From positions 62,001 to 126,000 of the forward strand of contig NEEC01000014.1 in assembly GCA_002189035.1 (NCBI GenBank): a stretch of DNA of 64,000 nt. Direction: 5' to 3'. The notes beneath the pieces are model-generated. The model saw only the letters and a list, made by a program, of their open reading frames with translations, made no database searches and had not been told where the DNA came from. The stretch comes from Utricularia gibba (taxonomy: Eukaryota; Plantae; Magnoliophyta). Both the position numbers and the translations under genes were made by a program. Shown in pieces: positions 1 through 13,014 of the stretch (the stretch's first letter is position 1; the number at the start of each line of letters is the position of its first letter).

Positions 1-60
1 GAAATTGCAGTGACACAAGTTGTGGAGTTCATCAGTGGAAAGAGCTTAGCTGAACTTTGA
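1..60 (+). CDS. 3' end of a gene, probably 5'-methylthioadenosine/SAH nucleosidase (truncated by window edge)
   Basis: Frame 1 reads EIAVTQVVEFISGKSLAEL-stop, resembling the plant MTN C-terminus as I recall it (AVTQVxxFIxGKxLxEL). Only 19 codons are visible. Confidence 0.5.
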   Translation, partial: EIAVTQVVEFISGKSLAEL

Positions 61-264
61 TCCTTTTTAACTCACATACAGTCATGGTCTTTTAGGGTCT
101 CAAGAAATTGACTTGTACTTCGTGGCATTGCATGAGCTTGCATGGTCCATTTTATGTGTGGCTTGTTTGATGTTTGTGGGGCAGTTCTCTGTGCAAGATT
201 GCTCCTTGGTCCCCCCCTTCAATTTTGCGCAGTGCTCGATTTCCACCTAAAACGGACGGGTCTT

Positions 265-339
265 TTAGAAAAATGGCCACTGTCTTCTTTGTACATTAGA
301 AAAATGGCCACCGTGTGAATTTTGTTAGAAAAATGGCCA
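265..339 (+). repeat. Three exact copies of TTAGAAAAATGGCCA in the left TIR
   Basis: Copies at 265-279, 296-310 and 325-339; inverted degenerate copies in the right TIR at 4126-4140, 4155-4169 and 4204-4218. Confidence 0.9.
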
Positions 340-839
340 TCCTCTAATTTTTTTTTAAAAAAAAATTTTACACGATTTTGTTATTATTTATATATAGTAT
401 AAATCAATAAATTTTGTTAATAAATATCATTTAATATATAAACATAAATAAATACATCAAAATCATCATTTTCTATTTTGTCATTGTATTTTTTAAAAAC
501 ACAGAATATAGATTAACAATAGTTAATTAAATAATTTCATTTTAATTATTAGCTTTCTAAATTTGTTTAAAATTAGTTGATTTATAAAAAAAGCATTCTC
601 TTTTATTTTAATTTTTTTTCATTCTTTACCCTAAATCATTCTTTACTTAAATTTTACAACCTTTATCTTCAAGCATTCTTTTTTTTATATATTTATGTAT
701 TCTTTAGCTTCAAGCATAGTTTTCTTAATTTTTGTATTCTTCATCTTCAATCATTCTTTTTCTTCATCTATTTAAGGAGAACTTCCATTATCATTTTGAA
801 AATACAAATCATTTCACAAGACGTATTTTCTTGATTGAG

Positions 840-3800
840 ATGGCATTTCAATCTATTATGGCAAAGATATTCTTCGGTGGAAATATCCAAGAATATCACA
901 ACGGATATCGGGCATATGATCAACCTCCAATCGCTATTACGAGCTTCGAAAGTCATATATCATTGGATGAATTGAAGAGTCAATAATCATCATTTTGCGG
1001 TTTACAAGTTGATCGATATGAAATAATAGTTTATGCACAATATTATGATTCAACTTCAAATTCTACAAGATTCATGGGGCTTGGATCAGATGTTGATTTG
1101 CTATATGTTTTCAATCCATTATATGCCGCAATGGGTGTTGATCTATTTGTTGAGGCTACATTGATACCGGAAGAATAAAACAATCCTAATTTCAATATTA
1201 ACAATCCTTTACAAGATGTGGAGGAGGATCAGCAATACGGTATTTATTTTTTTAAAATTTTCTATTATGATTTACGTAATTTTTATTAGAATAATTCAAA
1301 GTTTCATAATTTATGAAATTATTGATGAAAATATTGGCCTAACTTTTATCTCAAGTAGGAAGTTACATTTTTTTAGTTATTTACACTTTTTCGAAATAAT
1401 TAATAAATTTATTTACATATCTCTTTATCAATATTATTTATAGAATATGATTTAGAAAGAAGAGAAAAAAATGATCCTTTGTTCGATAGTATGGCTCAAT
1501 ATGATACTGACTACCATGAACAAGGGCAAGAAACCAATGAAAATGAGGAGTTGATTGATGAATTCTCTGAAGGATGGGTTTCACGAGGATTTATTGCCAA
1601 TGAGGATCGATTAGATAATTGGTCAGAAGATATACCTGATCCCTTACATCTGATGCCTTCACCATTCACAAAAAACCAACAGTTTGGTTCTAAATTGGCA
1701 TTTCTCAATGCGGTCACTCAATATTCAGTAAAAGTTGGCCGTGAGTTCTCTGTGTACAAAACAAATGAAGAAAAACATCTTGAATTGAGATGTTATCAGA
1801 AGTCATCTCAAATGTGCAATTGGAGGATTCGATGTGCTTATCATAAACGCCTTGATTTATGGAAGATAACTGCATTGGAGGAGCCACATACATGCCGGTG
1901 TCTTGGACCAAACGCACTCTCACATAGGAATATTGGAAATAATTATATTGCTGAAATAGCTAGACCACTATTAGAAGAAAATGTCACAACTAATGTGAAG
2001 GTTATCCAGACATTGATTAAAAGGGATACATGATTTACAGTGCCATACCATCGAGCATGGTATGGTATGCGAAAAGCATTTGAACTTGTTTATGGCACAT
2101 GGGAGTCATCAGTACCTCTACTACCTGCATTTCTACAAGAAGTTCAGACACAAAATCCCGGAACCATTGTCGTCTACAGACACAAAGAAACCAATGCTTC
2201 CGACATTAAAACACTCAAGTACGTATTTTGGGCTTTTGGACCATGTATTCATGCTTATCGATGGACTCGGCCTGTTATCACAGGAGATGGAACACATCTC
2301 TACTCAAAGTTCAATCACAAGTTATTGATTATCGTAACTGTAGATGCTTGTGGCCTTCTTCTACCTCTTGCATTTGCAGTGGTTGATAGCGAAAATGATG
2401 AATCTTGGTTATGGTTTATTCGGCTGCTCGGTCACTATGTTGTTGCAGGACGAGGGACATGTATTATATCAGATCGATGTAGTTCAATTCAAGAAGCATC
2501 GTCTCAAGTGCTGCCTTTCAAACCAGAATATGGTGGATGTCATCGTCATTGTATACGACATCTAAGATCTAATTTTCTCACTCATTTTCGTACCGAGGGA
2601 CTTAGGGAGAAATTCAATCAAGCGGTATATGCTACATCCATCGAAAAATTTGAAAAATACTTGATTGGAATTCAAAAACTCAATTACGCAGCTTGGGAGT
2701 ATTTGAATAAATTACCTCGAGAAACATGGACACTTACTAATGATGGAGTTGCTAGATATTTATTTAATTTCTTTTAATATATACATTTTAATTAAATTCA
2801 CTTAATATATGAATATAATTTTTAAATTTAATTTCAGGTGTGGTACATTAACAACAAATCATGTTGAAGTATTAAATGGAATATTAAAAGGAGCAAGACA
2901 TCTTAATTTGACATCATTAGTACATGTATTATTATAAATTTTAAAGGATATATATATTGTCTATATCTAAAAAATATATTATTTAATATGTGCAGGCTAC
3001 TTATATTAGATGACAACATTATTTTTCTAAGAGACAAGAGAAAGCAATCAATTTACGACATAAACACATCGAATATGCGGATCAACCAGGGAAACTATAT
3101 GCACATTGGGATAAGCCCATCCCACATGCAAAGATCCAAGTTATCGTTGCTACACAATCAAAGGTTCGAGTTATAACCCGTAAAAAGAATGGGAAAAATA
3201 AAAGCTACATTGTTATGGTTCAAGATGGAATATGTGAGTGCAGAAAATGGCAAAATTTTGGCGTACCATGCTCTCATGTACAACAGGTATGTCTATTTTA
3301 TTTATTTTATTAATTTGTATATTATTAACCCTATCATAAATTTATATACAGGCATGCAAGCGACTCAATATTGATCCTCGTAGTATTATTAATCCAATGA
3401 TGCATCTCGATCGTCAAATAACATCATATGAAGTTCAAATTCAAGCATTACGGTCTGAAGAAAGATGGGCACCACCAGCATTTACCTTGATGCATGATCT
3501 AAATCGAAAAAAAGATGTTCGAGTAGGTCGTCCTGAATCTAGAAGACATCTAATGCCTATGGATTTCCAAGCAAGTGGATCATTACACAATAGACCACGT
3601 AGAGATTCTGCTTTACTTGAAAATAGAAGCTACGAATCACCTACATCGGTACATCGATCTTCTGTTGATCTTCCATCCCAACCTACATATGGAAATATTG
3701 AAGTACGTCCACGATCTTCAATGCACAATCCACCTACTGGATGGAACTATACAACGAGCGAAACTGGACAATCTTCAAGGAATTCTACACAACAAAGCAG

Positions 3801-3852
3801 TTCAATCATTCATAATTTTTTAGGTAGATTATATTGTATTTTATTATTTTAA
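840..3852 (+). pseudogene. MuDR/MULE DDE transposase with SWIM zinc finger, inactivated
   Basis: Motifs VITGDGTHL, IISDR, CHRHCIRHL (CxxH), LTTNHVE and SWIM CECRKWQNFGVPCSH (about 3206-3287). In-frame stops at 984-986 and 2031-2033 (RDT*FTVPYHRAW). The intron ending at about 2837 has AT rather than GT at its expected donor. Confidence 0.9.
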
Positions 3853-4466
3853 ACAATAAATTTGATAATTATTTATATATTTTGAAATAAATTTATTCAA
3901 ATTAATATTTTAAAAATAATTTATCAAATTTTATAAAAAAAATACGTATAGAAAAGATTAAAAAGCTTTTTAAATATTTAAATATTTAAATATTTTTTGA
4001 ATAACTTAAAATATTTCGAAAATATTGTAATTTATAAATTTTAGACATTATTTATATATCTTAACTATTATTATTTTATATTATTTTAATAAAGAATATA
4101 ATTTTTTTAAAAAAAATATAGACGATGGCCAGTTTTATAAAGAATTACACACAGTGGCCACTTTTTTAAATCACCCCACTTTTCTCACACACATGTGAGA
4201 GGGTGGCCACTTTTCTAATAAACTCTAAAACGGACAATGTTTCACCTGCCTCGGGTACTTGAAAAATGAGAGCTCTTCAAACAAGACTCATGGCAAAGGC
4301 ATGGGCCTATGTATGCTGGAAGCCCCTATTTCTGAACTCAGCGGAATTCAAGGCAGCCCACGCGTTCGCAACGTACATAGTTTGGTGGTAGGAATTAGGG
4401 AAGATCGAAACGAAGCAACTACTTGTTGATTGTTCGTTGATTTTTGGAATGGAAGTGATTTCAGCT

Positions 4467-5066
4467 ATGCCGTAGACCTTCAGGGACGATGAAACTGCTC
4501 CATTTTTTGTTTTCTGGGCGCCGCGGCTGCCTCCTCTAACTTCCTTCATCCTATTTCGTTTTCAGCAAGTAATAATACGATTCTGTGTCATGATTTCATT
4601 CACGTGTGCCGTTGGGTACGGGCGCGGTGTTATGGGACAGCGAAGAGTGGTGTGGGTGTAGCTTCAGTGGGAGTGATGAGGCCGGAGCTTGTGATGAAGT
4701 CAATTGTGCCGGTGGCCATGGCTGGTGTTCTTGGTATTTATGGTTTGACCATCGCTGTGATCATTAGCACTGGTATTAATCCTACAGCCAAATCTTACTA
4801 TCTAATCGATGGGTATGCCCATCTCGCTTCCGGCCTCGCTTGTGGACTTGCCGGACTCGCTGCTGGAAAGGCTATCAGCATTGTTGGGGATGCAGGCGTG
4901 AGCTGAGTCCTTCAGTCCTATTCTTCTTAATCTGTTTGCATACATTCATCATAGTTTGATTGTTGTTATGGTTCTCATTCTCATATTTGCTGAGGCCCTG
5001 GCTCTCTATGGTCTCATTATCGGAATCATCTTGTCTTCAGCTGCTGGCCGGCCCACGGCCGACTAA
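4467..5066 (+). pseudogene. VHA-c: V-type H+-ATPase proteolipid subunit c pseudogene
   Basis: Recognisable [39 protein letters not shown] and [22 protein letters not shown]. Codon 3 is TAG (4473-4475), frameshifts occur near 4510 and 4630, the RANAQQP segment is missing, and several conserved residues are replaced. Confidence 0.9.
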
Positions 5067-5384
5067 GCCAACGACGACAATACAACCAGCAGAATTCTTT
5101 CTGCAATTGTGCGGCGTTCTTTCGACTTCATCATCTGTGGTAAGTAGTTCTGCGCAAGGCACTTCGAGTTCATATGCAACATATGTTTTGCACACTGCTG
5201 CTGCTGCTGCTGCTGCTGTTGAATAAGAGTTTTTGAGCTTGTTTGATCAGATTTTGCATCGACTCTTGTTGAAAGATAGTAAATCGCTGTAATTTAGGCA
5301 TCTGCTTCTACGGAGCCAGAGAGGCCCTACGATTCTCTACCGCAAATTGTTTCAAGCATACCCAGGCAGGAGCCAACAGAAATC

Positions 5385-8300
5385 CTAATACCTTACAGAA
5401 GTCACACTGCTTTTCCAGCCAAATGATCTCCGACTGATCGGTGGCAGTGGAGCAAACTTGAGGCCCAGCATCTCCTCCAGGGTATGGCCATGCTCCAGGA
5501 AGCCTATGAGTTTCCCTACAATGCTGGCGCTCTTGGCGACGTCATTCAAGCTCCCATTGTTGTTCCATAATCGACGAGCTAGCTGCAGCCGCCGTCTCTT
5601 TGAGTTCATTGCAACCCCCCACTCTTCGTACAGCCGATTTCTTTCCTCTTCACAATATTTTTTAGAAATCATGCGGCTCAGCATTTCTCTTTCCCGGTTC
5701 AGCGCTTTCTTGCTGCTCAGTACAGAAATACTTACCTCAAAGCTTCAATTTTGTGCGATGTTACAATTGTGGAGAAGTGAGCAGAAACATACCTTGATGC
5801 AAGCGTTATGACTTTACCATCTTGTAGAATGGACTGGCCCCTTGAAAACCTTTCTCTGAGGAATGTAAGCCTTCGATGCTCAACCTCCATGTAAATGGAA
5901 TCTGTCAATTCTTGCTTAACGAGGAGGAAGAAGTATGTTCTGTGCACAAGAGAAACATGGCAAGCTTCCCAAAGCTCAATGATCTGGTTCCGTATCTTTT
6001 TGAACCTCGCAGGCCAATTCTTCAGATCAATATCCACGGAATTCTGTTCATCCGTAGCTCCCTTCAAAGCACAATGTAGGTAATCAGGGGATTTGGGTAT
6101 AGTGGGAATACATGAATGCGAAATGACTCTAACCTGTTGTTTGCTCTGATTTTCACAGTTGGTCTTGGCAAGATCTTTAAGCCCGGCTACGAATGAACCC
6201 AGGGTAGGAACGTCTTCATCTCGGTTTTCATCTTCGATTGTGGAATCTATGAAACTGCTGTAACCGGAGCACTGGGAATCATTCCTTGACAATGCTGATC
6301 CATGTGTGGCACCATATATAACAGGGGGGAGTTTCCAATGCTTTCTTGCGGCGGCAGTTATTCCTCCTGTGAAGTTCTGTTCCAAAACGGTTGTTGGGGT
6401 GGTCACATTTTGTTCAACTTCAACCATCTCCGAGTCACATGAGTTCAACATTATATTGGCTTTACAGCTATTGCTTCGTCGTAAAGTCAAGCTCCCTGTA
6501 TCAGTGGTTATACCGGAGTGAACACTTGGTGAACTTGGATCAGTGAACTGGTTAAGAGGCACGCCCGTCTTATGAACACATCGAGTTTTCTTTTCATCAT
6601 CATTTCTACTTGATGCAGTTGATGCCAGCAGACCGATGACATGGTTATTCCCAGATTGGGTTTCACTGGAGGTAGTTGATGGTGGAACTGAGTCATCTGG
6701 TTTTCCCCTTTTTAGCTCATCCAGGGAGATTTCCTCAAAGGAATAATTATCCTGACTGTTTTCTGATAAAAGTGGGCCTGAAGTTCCATTGCTCACCAAC
6801 CCTCCATTGGTTACCTGTGAGCCATTGTAGTCTTCAATGCCATGCAATAGATCTTCAATTCGAGAATGAGCAAGATCCAGCTGCTTCTTCAGTTCCTTGT
6901 TCTCTTTCTCTAACTGTAGATCAAACGTGAAGTTGATGCATTTAGTACACTATAAAAGTCCCAATACAAGGGGAAAGGATCACAACCTTCTCAATTTGCG
7001 CATCCTTCTTCTTGAGTAGTGTTGCATAATCACACGCGGTGGCGGATACTGGAGTTCTCAACTCACTTTCCAGCCGAGCAACCTCCTTCTGAAGATGTTT
7101 AACCAAAGCCTTGTCAGACATCACTATGTTGACCCGTGCATTTGTGGACACTTCCTTCGCACAACTAGCAAAGAGTATCGTATTCCTCGACTGCTCGACA
7201 TGACTTCTAGCAGGACTGAGAGTGCAAATTATAGCTGTTCTTGCATTGCCCCCAAGGCAGGCTGCAGTATTCTCGTAAGCTTCGAGTCTCTGTAATTGAC
7301 ATGCCCATGTCTCCCTTTGCTGCGTCAAGTTAAATTATCACAAAGTTCAGAATCCCAAGAACTGGCAAGGTGAACCAGATGAAAATGGACCTGAGTTTGC
7401 GGATTACAGTCCCTAGAGTTAATAAACTACGGTTTATGTGGCAGCCTTCTTTAAGTCGTTGGCCGACTGATAATGCTTGGGATGCACGCTCACTTCCCGC
7501 AAGATCAACAAAATTCTAGAGCCACACGTGTGTTTTATGCCAAGGAGAAACTCAAGGTTACTAGTAGGAAATAGTCAAGGAATGGAATTCTACCACAGCA
7601 GCAGCAAGGGTGGTTGAGCTGCTATTTCCCATAAACTCCTTGGCTGAACTTTCAATTGTCTGCATAAAATACGTCAAGAGCACCACTAAAAGAATGGAGG
7701 AAGGGATATAAAAATGCCACTAAAGTAAAGCAAGGGAGGGGACTGACCAATCTCAGAATCTGATGGGATCTAGAACTTGCTTCATTTAATAAGGTCTCGC
7801 CAATTTTCCGTTGCTCTACATTGTAAGAAAAATAGTTCAACTTGAAGCTTAGGAACAAAACAAAATAAATGAGAAATCTTGCTTGCCTCCTTACCTTCAC
7901 ATATCGCTAACAGTGCCTTAAGGTGATCCCAATCCCTCAAGGTTTCTTCTGTGAGTCCGTCTATGACAGTCCCTCTCTACACGTGAAACTTAGCAATTCA
8001 AGAAATGCTCAATATCAGTCCTACACAAGATAGTGAATCTCACTTCTGGATCATCAAGTAGCCGCAGTGCTGCGTTATTATCTGCATTGAGCAGATCTTT
8101 GACAACCTCATTATAAATTTCTATTGCAGAGAACTTCAATAGAAATGTTCTTTCCCCATGCTGTAACACAGAGAGGTGTTGAAGTCAGCAGCCGATTCAC
8201 TGTGAATATGCAAAAGATTCAGGCAGTTCGCTTGTGTACCTGTTTTGTATACTCAAGAATATCAGCCACCGCATATTCAGTGATACCATTCATTGTGTAC

Positions 8301-8827
8301 GTCTTTCCACTGCTCGTCTGACCGTATGCAAATATAGTTGCTGGCATTTAGAAGTTCACAAGATTGAGAAAGACGATCGACAGACCAACAGCAGGAGCAA
8401 GAGGACTGTTAGGACTCTACTTACAGTTGATGCCACCAACAACAGAAAGGGCTATATCCTTTATGCCCCCTTCATTATAAACTTCAAGAGTAGTGTTGTC
8501 CCCTCTAAACACTCTGTCTACGCTCATGAAAACACCGAAGATGCTGAACTGAATCGATGAACCATCGGCATTACAAGGATCAAATTGAGGAGGCAAAGAC
8601 TCACCGAATGAAGTGGCTGTAGGCAAGCCAGACCGCTCTTGTAGGCTATTCCGGTACAAAATGGTGGTGGAGTTGATACATTCCCAATCCGAAACTTCGT
8701 TATGCAGGATCTCAGTCTCACTTAAAGGCCTTAACCTCACCAACACCAAAATCTTTTCCTCACCACCATTCCCAACCGCTTGCAGCTTATCCCAATCCAC
8801 CATCTCTTCTGCGCCAATCTCCCCCAT
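5385..8827 (-). CDS. KIN7: Kinesin-7 (NACK/KIN7E-F type), multi-exon
   Basis: [13 protein letters not shown]-loop [60 protein letters not shown] and the C-terminal [19 protein letters not shown] domain. One apparent -1 indel at 7249-7253. Confidence 0.92.
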
Positions 8828-10397
8828 TCCAGCGCAAATGCAGATCTACTACTCCCTTTACACGCCTGATCTGCTCATGGAAACAAAGCCCCCCAGCAGC
8901 CTGAAAGGGGAGGAGGAACATCAAGAAGAAGTCTTTTACATTTGAAATTATATTGCAGATAATGACCAACAAAGGGAAAGAGATAGGAAGAGCTTTGCTT
9001 GACTGGGGAACCAAGCTATGCTTTAGAATCAAGGAATAATATTTGTTGATGGAGGTGCTTTCGATTCTTTTGAAAAGAACCCCTTCCCACATGGAAAGCG
9101 GACCCCATTCTCAAAAAAGAAACAAGAAACACTTACTTGTTCTTACGTCATACACACAAGAATCAAAAAAAGCAAAGCTTTCTACGAGGTTCTGGAGAAG
9201 CACAGCAACTAGGAGATGAAGACGACTGCACATTGCTCCTTCTAAAGAAGCGGCTGAGCTGATTTGAATTGAACGCCCCACCCCAACACACGAGTGAATG
9301 TAGGGGATGAAAACGGTAACTCCCTCCAGAGACGGAGTCAAACAGCAACACCACTAACAGTAACCTCCCCGTCCCCAGTCCCCACGCATCATTTCTCCGC
9401 CCAACGCGAGCAACGGAAGGGAAGGCCGTTGGGAATTTGTATTCGTAAATAAAGCAAAGCGATATAAACAATACCGCCCCCTTGCTGCTTTTGAGTTTTG
9501 ACGGGACTCCCCCTCCAAAAAGCCTGTGCTCTGGCACGTGCCTCCTTTCCCTCTTTCGGAAAACCACCACCATTTTCGTTTCGTTTCATTTCATTTCATT
9601 TCATTTTATTTGATTATTTGGTCTGGTCGCCTGTGCGCGAGGCCGAGCCCAAGCCCAAGACCAAGCCCAAGTTCGACGACGGACCTGACCAAAGGGTTTG
9701 TGAGCTATTCTCGGGCCTGGGCTGATGCAGCCCACTCCATGTTTGTCGGCAAATGCCAAGTACCCATTTATTGTATTTCTATTGATGGGCCCCTCTCACT
9801 CGCAATTAATAATCATAATTATTATTATATTTGTAACGTTCATCGCCCCCCATCCCTGACAACTGGATCTTCTAGTGACCCAGTTGCTCTCTCTGCGGAT
9901 CTCCCCTTCTGTGTGCTTCCCTGTGGTGAGGTCAGTCTAGATTCCGCTCTTTTGTAACTGTTGAATTTGATTGCGAGCCTTCTTTCAGTTTTATTGGTGC
10001 AGTCTTTCGCTTTTTTTTTTCTTTTTTCTTTTCTGTTGTATGGATGCCAAGTTCTTGTGCGCCGGAGCTACCTTGGAACTTTCATTCTGTTATTCTTGTG
10101 CTCTATAAATAAAAAGATCAAGGTTGCGGAAGGTAGAGGGGCTTTCGAGTTTTGGTGTGTGTAGTACGGGAATGCGTGCGCGCCAATTACCCTTTTCGAG
10201 CGATGCGGATAGTGGACCCTGAAAATGAGTTGTCGGAATGTTCTGTTTTTGTTTATGTTGATTTTCGTTGGCCCGCATTGTATTTCTAATTGCTGAAATT
10301 GCTTCTTCGTGTTCGTGTTTGGAGTGTGTGTAGGAAGGCATTGTTTAGCTTCCATTTCACTGCGCTTATATTTCATTTTTGTTACAGGAGTTTTAAA

Positions 10398-11858
10398 ATG
10401 CCAGAGATTCAACTGGGTGCTCACACTATCAGATCTCATGGGGTCAAAGTGGCTAGGTTTCACATGCACGATTGGCTTATTCTGTTGTTGCTTGTGGTGA
10501 TAGAGGTCATTTTGAATGTCATAGAACCGTTTCACCGTTTTGTTGGGGAGGATATGATGACAGATCTCAAGTACCCTTTGAAGGAAAATACAGTCCCATT
10601 CTGGGCTGTTCCGGTATGCTGTTGGTGGAATTTTGGATCTGACTGATAGCATTTGAGCCCCCAAGTGTTAATGATAATGGATGATGGAAATTCATGGCAG
10701 GTCATTGCAATAATATTGCCTCTCATTGTTATCCTGATCGTTTACTTTATCAGACGAGATGTCTATGATTTTCATCAAGCTTCACTGGGTATGATATCCT
10801 TATCTCATTGTTCGTTTGTCTCCATTCTTTCTTTTTGCATCTGCTGGCTTATTTTCCTGTATTTTCTTCTAGGGCTTCTCTTTTCAGTGCTTATAACTGG
10901 TGTGCTGACTGATGCCATCAAAGATGCTGTTGGGCGACCTCGGCCAGATTTTTTCTGGCGTTGTTTCCCTGATGGAAATCCTGTAAGCCCTGTTTGTATT
11001 TGTTTGCTAATGAATGTCTGAGTGCAGCATGGTGGCAACACTTCTGCATTGTGATGTGTAGGTGTTTGATAATGTCACCAGGGGTGTCCAGTGTAATGGA
11101 TTGAGCAGTGTCATAAAAGAGGGTCATAAAAGCTTTCCGAGTGGTCACACTTCATGTAAGTATTGAACCTCACTCGCTCTGAGATACTTAGTATGTGCGA
11201 AGGGGCGTATTTACCTTTCCCTTACCTTGATGGCAGGGTCCTTTGCCGGTCTTGCTTTCCTGGCATGGTACTTGTCGGGTAAAATTAGAGCTTTTGATCG
11301 TAAAGGCCATGTCGCAAAGCTCTGTATTCTCTTATTGCCCCTCTTGGTAGCCGCTCTAGTCGGAGTGTCAAGAGTTGATGACTATTGGCACCATTGGCAA
11401 GATGTTTTTGCTGGAGGTCTATTAGGTATCTGGACTAGTGTTAGTTCCCATTTTTTACAAGGTGTTAGTGCATTAATCTCCAATACCTGTTTCGAGTGCA
11501 GGAACTGTAGTTGCTTCTTTCTGCTACCTGCAGTTCTTTCCAGCTCCCTATGATGCCGATGGTATGAGCATTATTTTACTGTCTACAGTCTTGCGTCATA
11601 TCCACCATGCATACTTAGGAACCTATAGTGAATTTAAAGTCAGCATGTCGCTGCTGGCGGCATAGCAAATTATGCGGTATATATCTGTATTTGAAGAGAC
11701 CTAGTTCTTGGTTTTCCAATAGACTTGTAATTCTCGTTTGATCCGCAGGCTGGGCACCTCATGCATACTTCAACATGCTGGCCGAGACACAGAGTGGAAA
11801 CCATCTTGCAGTCCGCCAGTCGGATATCCAGACCATGAGCCTCGCATCTCAAGTATGA
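10398..11858 (+). CDS. LPP2: Lipid phosphate phosphatase (PAP2 family), multi-exon
   Basis: [49 protein letters not shown] and [17 protein letters not shown], with GT-AG introns. Confidence 0.92.
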
Positions 11859-13014
11859 CCTTTGACATGTTTGGAGGCTGGACATGATGGATCATGAGCT
11901 ATATATACCCAGATTCTCTGTTGGTGCAGGTACAGGTGTGATGATGTACAGAATATAATGTTGAAGCATTTGTTTCATTTTCAACACTCGCACCGTTTTC
12001 CACAGGCAGAAAGAAAATCCTGAACTTGTAATTGTAATGCAGAGGCTTTGAATTCTGGTTTTGTGTCTCTTCCTATTTGTGGCCCCATTCCTGGCCCTTG
12101 TGTTCTTCTGACCGCGATGAAAGGGAAGGGAGCTCATGATGTTGGTTTGCTTATTAGGGAGGGAATGTATCTATGCCCTCGGGTCCATCGATCCCTGCTG
12201 CCTGGGAGACGCATCCTCGGAGGCATGAGTGTGTATGTACGTTCATCGGACCCCTCTCCGTGCTGCGCTGAGTGGCCGGAATCCTCCACATTAGCTAAAG
12301 TGGTGCAATGGGCAAAGTTGATTGCAAATTAGTGAATGGGTTGCGACATCAAATCAAATGAAGACAAAAGGGGTTTGGGGCGCCGCAAGGGAAGCTGTGT
12401 CGCGCGCATAGCCGACACTGATTGGACACCAGTCTCCTCTTCCCGATGTAGATTGCAGCTTCCCCCCTGCCCTCTCCTCTGGATTCACACTGTAACATCA
12501 TATCACGCGCTTTCTCTTCTATTTAACACACCCCCACCACCACCGCTGGCTCTGGCTGGCTTACCGAGACAGACCTAAAAGCACCCCCATGGTGTTTCTT
12601 CCTCGTTCGCAAAGCACCTACACTCGTCTTCCTTGTTTGGAACAAGGAGAACAGTTAATGTGCTGAACAGTTATATTTATAAGAGAGAAAAAGGCCAGTG
12701 ATGACTGACTGAGCTTGTAAAAAAATATCATACCACTCACACTAACGAACTACCTCTTCTCTTAAACAACGGCATCACCATTGATATTGGCTTTTACCTT
12801 TTTTATTTATTGTGCGCATCTGACGCCAAACATCTTTTCCGCTGGTGCCCCCCTCTATTTATACATGAATTTCTCCTCAGAGCCCAACAGCCTCCCAGAG
12901 TGAGTGATGATGCCATGCGGTGGCGGACAAGGGCGGACGCTGTGCCGGAGGCGGCTGAGGGGCGGAAACCGGCCCCTCCGGAGGGCTGATGGGTAGATAT
13001 GGCCGCCATTTTGC

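Larger units (their letters stand above)
258..4225 (+). mobile_element. Mutator-like element (MULE/MuDR), full length, transposase decayed
   Basis: Perfect 10-bp TSD TAAAACGGAC at 248-257 and 4226-4235. Termini match at 19 of 23 nt (GGGTCTTTTAGAAAAATGGCCAC vs reverse complement GAGTTTATTAGAAAAGTGGCCAC). TIRs are about 110-125 bp and flank a MuDR-type transposase. Confidence 0.95.

Noticed and set aside
12125-12135. GAAGGGAGCTC, a miR159/319-like core
   Set aside because: Only 11 nt match and there is no complementary arm.
12389-12465. GGGAAGCTG...CAGCTTCCC inverted repeat
   Set aside because: A 9-bp stem with a poorly paired interior and no known mature miRNA.
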